Positions 59,281-64,000 of a DNA stretch of 64,000 nt are shown here, one piece after another (within the stretch, counting starts at the first letter, position 1; the number at the start of each line of letters is the position of its first letter). A program made the translations under genes and the position numbers. Origin of the DNA: an uncultured Candidatus Saccharibacteria bacterium (GTDB lineage: Bacteria; Patescibacteriota; Minisyncoccia; Phycocordibacterales; CSBR16-119); assembly GCA_964557535.1 (NCBI GenBank), contig CAZLAD010000004.1, positions 19,039 to 83,038 of the forward strand. Direction: 5' to 3'. The notes beneath the pieces are model-generated. The model was not told the origin of the DNA and did no database searches. It worked only from the letters and a program-made list of their open reading frames with translations.

Positions 59281-59973
59281 CTAATCCAACCACTTTTTTA
59301 GCTTGAGTGCTTCCTGAGCCGCAGCCTGCTCACCTTCTTGTTTGGATTTGCCGGAGCCTTTGGCAATAAGTTCATCTCCAAAAAATACACCGATAGTAAA
59401 ATTCTTATCATGGTCTGGGCCGGTTTCTTCAAGCACTTCATAGCGCGGCGTAATGTTCACAATCTCTTGAGCTTTTTCTTGGATTAGAGACTTGGAATCG
59501 CGCCAAAGTTTCTGAGCAACGATTTTTTCAATCTTGCCAAACAAAGCATCGGCTATGAATTTCTTGGCCGCATCATAACCAGCGTCTAGAAATATCGCGC
59601 CGATAACTGATTCGAAAGTGTTAGCGAGAATGTAGTCACGTGCCTTGCCTGTATCTTTGGCTTCGCCTTTGGACAAAAGAAGATAGTCGTTCATGCCAAG
59701 CTCCACCGCCGCAGCAGAAATCGAAACGGTATTAACGACAGCCGCACGGATAGCGGTTAGGTCGCCCTCTGATTTACCTGGGTAGCGTGCAAAAAGCTCT
59801 TCAGTTGTGACGAGTTCAAGCACCGCATCGCCCAAAAATTCTAGGCGTTCATTGTGAGACCCTGCACCAGCGTTTTCGTTTATATATGATCGATGAGTAA
59901 AAGCTTGTTTTAGTAGATCCTTGTCTTTGAAGTCTAAGTTATTTTCGGTTTCAAATTTCGCGAAGTTCGGCAT
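59281..59973 (-). CDS. rnc: Ribonuclease III
   Basis: 230 aa. ERLEFLGDAVLELV signature, C-terminal dsRBD. Confidence 0.95.
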   Translation of the reverse strand: MPNFAKFETENNLDFKDKDLLKQAFTHRSYINENAGAGSHNERLEFLGDAVLELVTTEELFARYPGKSEGDLTAIRAAVVNTVSISAAAVELGMNDYLLLSKGEAKDTGKARDYILANTFESVIGAIFLDAGYDAAKKFIADALFGKIEKIVAQKLWRDSKSLIQEKAQEIVNITPRYEVLEETGPDHDKNFTIGVFFGDELIAKGSGKSKQEGEQAAAQEALKLKKWLD

Positions 59974-59979
59974 AATTTT

Positions 59980-60879
59980 TTATTTATTGGTAACGTAGTC
60001 GATTGACTGCGCCAGAAGCGGCAGTATATCGTCGTAGGTGTTTATACTTTCTAATTCGGAGAGCTTGAACCACCTGGCGTCATCGAGTCCGCCGTTTGAA
60101 TGAAGGTCCATCTCCTTCCAGGGCGTCTTTACCAGATAGTAGCTAACCTGTTTTAGGATTTTACCTTTTTCCGGATGAGATGCAACATATTCATTTTCAC
60201 CCAAAAGTTTAACGATTTCGACATCCAGTCCGGTCTTTTCTTTTATCTCGCGGATTGCGCCCTCTTCGGAAGTTTCATTTCCTTCCACTCCACCCTTGGC
60301 TAGCGTCCAATAACCAAAAACATCGTGCACGAGCCCGACCAAAGTTTCTCCATCTTTCTCTGTAATGATTACTCCGCCGGCTTTCTTCTCTTTTGGAAGT
60401 TTTTCTGGATCGTCTTCGTTATTTGCGCGTTTCTTTGGAGTGATCTGATCTTTGCCTGGTTCCCCCATTTCTTTGTAAACTGCGCCCAAAACACCGTTGA
60501 CGAATTTGCCAGATTTCTCGCCACCGAAAGTTTTTCCAAGTTCGATGGCTTCGTTGATAGCAACCTTTGGCGGAACCTCATCTTTGTTTGAAAACAAAAG
60601 TTCAGCCAGACCAATGCGCAAAACATTGCGATCAACAATCGCAATTTTATCCATTGGCCAATCAGGCGCGGCTTTTTCTATGATCTCATCGATGAGAACA
60701 TATTTTTTTAAAACCTGATCAAGCAGGTGTTTGGTAAAGGAGACTTCTTTCATTCCTGGCGCAAACTCGGCAAGATTGCGTTCGAGATATTCTGGAGCAG
60801 ATTCATTTTTCTGCCCATTAAAATCCCACTCAAAAAGTGTTTGTAAAACGACTGATCGTGCAAGGTGCCTATTGGCCAT
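59980..60879 (-). CDS. nusB: NusB antitermination factor fused to a C-terminal NUDIX hydrolase domain
   Basis: aa 1-140 are NusB-like (ARSVVLQTLFEWDF...KFVNGVLGAVYKEMGE). aa about 165-299 carry a Nudix box GGVEGNETSEEGAIREIKEKTGL. Confidence 0.8.
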   Translation of the reverse strand: MANRHLARSVVLQTLFEWDFNGQKNESAPEYLERNLAEFAPGMKEVSFTKHLLDQVLKKYVLIDEIIEKAAPDWPMDKIAIVDRNVLRIGLAELLFSNKDEVPPKVAINEAIELGKTFGGEKSGKFVNGVLGAVYKEMGEPGKDQITPKKRANNEDDPEKLPKEKKAGGVIITEKDGETLVGLVHDVFGYWTLAKGGVEGNETSEEGAIREIKEKTGLDVEIVKLLGENEYVASHPEKGKILKQVSYYLVKTPWKEMDLHSNGGLDDARWFKLSELESINTYDDILPLLAQSIDYVTNK

Positions 60880-60937
60880 AATGATAAGAACAAATTCTAT
60901 TAAAAGACTCTAATATTCTAACAAAGAAATAACTTAA

Positions 60938-61022
60938 GTGCGAGGTTTGATTGTGATTTTCCGACCGTTTGGTCTGGTTAGGTTAGGAGGAAGGAAAATT
61001 ACAAGCAAACCGAGCGCGAGCC
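60938..61022 (+). ncRNA. Copy B of the repeated ~80-nt structured element, immediately 3' of rpmF
   Basis: GTGC-GA-GGTTTG ... CAAACC-GA-GCGC closing helix with a U.G wobble on the plus strand. Internal GACC-GTTT-GGTC hairpin and GGTTAGGTTAGGAGG tract. Confidence 0.45.
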
Positions 61023-61024
61023 AA

Positions 61025-61216
61025 TTACTTGGCTTTTGATTTCTTGTCGCTAGATTTAACAACTGCCAAGACTTGTTTGCCTCGGTATTTGCCAGTTTCG
61101 AGTGAGACGCGATGACGAAGATGAGGAGTATTTGTCTCCTTATCGATAACGATATTCGCCATCGGTGCTCTATGATGAGACCTACGATTTTTCGTATGGG
61201 CTCTTGTGTGTCGCAT
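61025..61216 (-). CDS. rpmF: 50S ribosomal protein L32 (start at MRHTRAHTKNRRSHH; the ORF track extends to 61336)
   Basis: KNRRSHHRAP...THLRH...YRGKQV matches the L32 consensus (K.S.SRR..RRAHHAL......TG..HLRHH....G.YRG..V). Confidence 0.85.
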   Translation of the reverse strand: MRHTRAHTKNRRSHHRAPMANIVIDKETNTPHLRHRVSLETGKYRGKQVLAVVKSSDKKSKAK

Positions 61217-61294
61217 TCGGACTACCATGGCAACCAGTATACGGAAAACAGGGATTTTTGCAAGTTTTTGAGCTTTTACACAATTGTCTGGATT

Positions 61295-61579
61295 ATGGAG
61301 CCGTGGTATCCTTGGCCCATGGATGGTCTTGAACAAAAAATAGACAAGCTAATAAATACTATTGAAGGAATCGACAAAAAACTCGACGGCCATATTGAAT
61401 TTGTCGCTGAACGCATGACGAAGATCGAAGACCGTCTTGATGGCATGTCGACTAAAGCTGATTTGCAAAATGCCAAACAAGAACTCTTTGATAAGATTTC
61501 CGAAAATAAATACGAGATCCAGGGCAAAGTTAATGATCACGAAGTTCGTATCCAAAAATTAGAAACTAACATCGCCTAA
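61295..61579 (+). CDS. Hypothetical coiled-coil protein (start at MEPWYPWPMDGLEQKIDK)
   Basis: The trimmed 94-aa version of ORF 61112..61579 avoids overlap with rpmF. Heptad-like composition. Confidence 0.4.
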   Translation: MEPWYPWPMDGLEQKIDKLINTIEGIDKKLDGHIEFVAERMTKIEDRLDGMSTKADLQNAKQELFDKISENKYEIQGKVNDHEVRIQKLETNIA

Positions 61580-61580
61580 T

Positions 61581-61769
61581 ATGACCCCAAATAATTTACA
61601 TAATTTGATGACACAGATGACCCAAGAGCAGAAGTCTCTCTGGCGCATCGAACAAAACTATATAAAAGAAGCCGGTAGCGACGTCGAGAAAGCTTTCTGG
61701 GAAAGCCTCCACAACGAAAAGAAAATGCATATCGAGGAATTGCGGAAATTGATTAAAGAAAATATTTAG
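61581..61769 (+). CDS. Hypothetical small protein
   Basis: 62-aa ORF followed by a weak hairpin plus T-run at 61776-61805. Confidence 0.3.
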   Translation: MTPNNLHNLMTQMTQEQKSLWRIEQNYIKEAGSDVEKAFWESLHNEKKMHIEELRKLIKENI

Positions 61770-61805
61770 CTAAACAAAAAACCCTATTCGGGTATTTTTT
61801 GTTTT

Positions 61806-63020
61806 CTAGATAATTTCAACTCTTTTCTTTATTTCTATATTCATAGATTTTATAAATTCGACGAAATCTTTCTTGGCTTTTTTTCTTAGCAGCCAACCAG
61901 GAAGCTTATCGCGATATTCGTCAGAAATTTTTCCATAAAAAGATGCGTACTTTTGTATTAATTCCGCTTCTTTTTTCTTTACCTCTTCTGGCATTTCAGA
62001 ACTGCTAAAACTACGCGCGTCAGAGGATGCACCCCAACTCTCTTCCACATCTTTTAATAGTCTATCGACTTCGGCAATATTTATAAGTTCCTCTTTGACC
62101 TGCTGGACAAACAAATTAATAGCAGACGTTCGTAACTCCAAGACTAAACCCCAATCTAAAGATTTATACAGAACATCGAGTTTCTGCTGCATGTCTCTTT
62201 CCACCAGATCAAATTCCCCACGATCCCATTTTAAAATTTCTTCTTTTATTTTAGATCGCAAAGAACCAATATCAACGCCTATCGAACCCATGGATTCAAT
62301 AATCAATTTTATTTCTTCCTTTTTCTTTCCTTTGAGATCAAACAAAGAATCTAGAGATTCTTCTTTGTTGGAAATCTTCTCAAAAAAATCTATTTTTTCA
62401 TCTTCAGACATTTCACGAATATCTGGAATCTCTTCGAGAATCTGATCTTTAACGACAGTTTCTCCATGCTCTTGAATCCCTTGAATAGCTTCCGACATCT
62501 TAGCGGAATAAAGTTGTGAAGATTTTAATGTATCGATTTTTTCTTTTGGGGCGTTGTAGAGACGGATTGATTGATCATATAGTTTATCCATGAGCTTCTC
62601 GGTCATCGGATTTTGGAGGAGTGAAAAAACATACCCACGCACTGTTCCCTCGAGTGGTCTATTACGTGGCGACCCTTTAAGACCAACACGATCTAGCCCT
62701 TCAAAAACACCCAAGCTTTTTAAAAGTTCATATTTAGATTTCTTATCCAAAGAATAATAGTCATCGAAACTCTGGAACCCAAAAGTTTTTAAGGCTCCAA
62801 CAAATTCTTTTGGGGTTAAAAGTGAGCCTGGCCATGCCCAATTACCTTTTTCTGCCATTTCAAGCCACTCTTCATCATCAAAAGCAGGTAGTGGTTTAAT
62901 TTCTCCAGATCTTTCCTTCTTCATCGTCTCGGTCCAATATTCGGGCATATCAACCAAAGGCTGTTCAGTATCTTTAGCTTTTTCTTTCTTTGCTCCAGGT
63001 TTTGGAATATTTCCTTCCAT
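61806..63020 (-). CDS. Hypothetical protein (404 aa, acidic, helical) immediately downstream of gyrB
   Basis: Long ORF 4 nt after the gyrB stop. No family recognised. Confidence 0.55.
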   Translation of the reverse strand: MEGNIPKPGAKKEKAKDTEQPLVDMPEYWTETMKKERSGEIKPLPAFDDEEWLEMAEKGNWAWPGSLLTPKEFVGALKTFGFQSFDDYYSLDKKSKYELLKSLGVFEGLDRVGLKGSPRNRPLEGTVRGYVFSLLQNPMTEKLMDKLYDQSIRLYNAPKEKIDTLKSSQLYSAKMSEAIQGIQEHGETVVKDQILEEIPDIREMSEDEKIDFFEKISNKEESLDSLFDLKGKKKEEIKLIIESMGSIGVDIGSLRSKIKEEILKWDRGEFDLVERDMQQKLDVLYKSLDWGLVLELRTSAINLFVQQVKEELINIAEVDRLLKDVEESWGASSDARSFSSSEMPEEVKKKEAELIQKYASFYGKISDEYRDKLPGWLLRKKAKKDFVEFIKSMNIEIKKRVEII

Positions 63021-63023
63021 AAT

Positions 63024-64000
63024 TTAAATATCAATCTCCGCCATTTTGGCATTTGATTGGATGAAAGATTTTCGTGGCGGAACTTCGGATCCCATCAAGA
63101 TGTCGAAAGTCTTGTCCGCCTCGACGGCGTCTTCGATTTTGACTTGAAGGAGTATTCGGTTGTTCACGTCCATCGTCGTTTCTTTGAGTTCGTCTGGGTT
63201 CATTTCTCCAAGACCCTTGTAACGCTGAACAGAAAACTTCGGAACTTTCTTCTCTGTACCCTCTTCGGACGCAGATTCATTTTCTTCTTCGGCTTCTTTC
63301 ATGTCATTTTCGCCAATACCTTCGGCTTTCAAGAATTTATTTTTATCTTCATCAGAATACAAGTACGTAACGGTCTTGCCTTTTGTTATTTTGTAAAGTG
63401 GTGGTTGAGCGATGTAGATATATCCCGCTTCGATGACTGGTTTGAAATATCGGTAGAAAAGCGTGAGCAAAAGTGTTCGAATGTGCGCACCGTCAACGTC
63501 GGCATCAGTTGCGATGATGATCTTGTGATAGCGGATGTCTTCGATGTTAAACGTATCGCCGATTGAAGTTCCGAGCGCGATAACAAGAGATTTTACTTCT
63601 TTGGAATCAAGCATCTTGTCGAGGCGTGCGCGTTCAACGTTTAGGATTTTACCTTTGAGCGGAAGCACGGCCTGAGTGCGACGATCGCGTCCCATTTTCG
63701 TCGAGCCACCAGCCGAGTCTCCCTCGACGATGAACAGTTCTGATTCTGACGGGTCTTTTGATTGACAGTCGGCGAGTTTTCCTGGAAGGGTTAGGCCTTC
63801 GAGCGCACCTTTGCGTAGGACCGAGTCTTTGGCAGCTTTGGCCGCTTTGCGGGCTTTTAGAGCAAGCACGGCTTTGTTCAAGATTGAGCGAGCTTCGTCA
63901 GGATTTTCTTCGAGGAATGTCGAGAACGCGGCCGAGAACACTGTTTCAACGGCTCCACGAGCTTCGGGACTTCCGAGTTTGTCCTTGGTCTGACCCTCGA
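63024..64000 (-). CDS. gyrB: DNA gyrase subunit B, C-terminal part (N-terminus beyond right edge)
   Basis: TOPRIM and tail motifs [55 protein letters not shown]-terminal AEIDI. The reading frame stays open to 64000 ([16 protein letters not shown]...). Confidence 0.95.
   Translation of the reverse strand, partial: EGQTKDKLGSPEARGAVETVFSAAFSTFLEENPDEARSILNKAVLALKARKAAKAAKDSVLRKGALEGLTLPGKLADCQSKDPSESELFIVEGDSAGGSTKMGRDRRTQAVLPLKGKILNVERARLDKMLDSKEVKSLVIALGTSIGDTFNIEDIRYHKIIIATDADVDGAHIRTLLLTLFYRYFKPVIEAGYIYIAQPPLYKITKGKTVTYLYSDEDKNKFLKAEGIGENDMKEAEEENESASEEGTEKKVPKFSVQRYKGLGEMNPDELKETTMDVNNRILLQVKIEDAVEADKTFDILMGSEVPPRKSFIQSNAKMAEIDI

Noticed and set aside
61112-61294. N-terminal 61 codons of the plus ORF 61112..61579
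   Set aside because: They overlap rpmF (L32) on the opposite strand. The conserved-looking coiled-coil part starts at the internal Met at 61295.

Overview
This 64 kb window is a low-GC bacterial chromosome (roughly 40-45% GC by eye) with compact, mostly minus-strand housekeeping operons and standard genetic code (TGA is used as a stop).

- **Core genes recognised:** ddl, tag, uvrC, uvrA, uvrB, tgt, mreC, mreB, proS, rpsB-tsf, a GT2/DUF378 envelope cluster, dnaG-rpoD, rpoC-rpoB, trmD/KH-protein/rpsP, rnr, an alternative sigma factor, smc, rnc, a nusB-NUDIX fusion, rpmF and partial gyrB. There are two tRNAs (Ala-TGC on the minus strand, Thr-TGT on the plus strand).
- **Lineage:** the reduced features point to a streamlined lineage, possibly CPR/Patescibacteria-like. 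This is inference only. The features are short UvrC, SMC and ProRS, a missing rimM, a lysine-rich RpoD N-tail and a degenerate DnaG zinc finger.
- **Accessory content found by eye:**
  1. An AT-rich Type III R-M operon, mod-X-res, in which a translationally coupled 317-aa gene X carrying an Rx4H (HEPN-like) motif sits between mod and res.
  2. An ~80-nt structured element in two copies immediately downstream of rpsP and rpmF, with covarying stems and tandem G.A pairs.
  3. A sigma-70-family gene flanked by ~60-bp imperfect direct repeats; one repeat is the 3' end of smc.
  4. A family-less set of GC-richer orphan genes, each closed by its own perfect GC hairpin terminator, including a 3-gene block between dnaG and rpoC.
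  5. A PaaX-like regulator bracketed by a perfect 38-bp palindrome and a related imperfect palindrome.
  6. Unusual fusions: PBP5-like S11 DD-carboxypeptidase + CapA-like phosphoesterase + VanY-like M15 peptidase, and NusB + NUDIX.
  7. Two large secreted proteins with C-terminal peptidoglycan-binding domains.
  8. A plus-strand unit of two tiny hydrophobic peptide ORFs with its own terminator in the uvrA-uvrB spacer.

No CRISPR array, rRNA or obvious transposase was seen.
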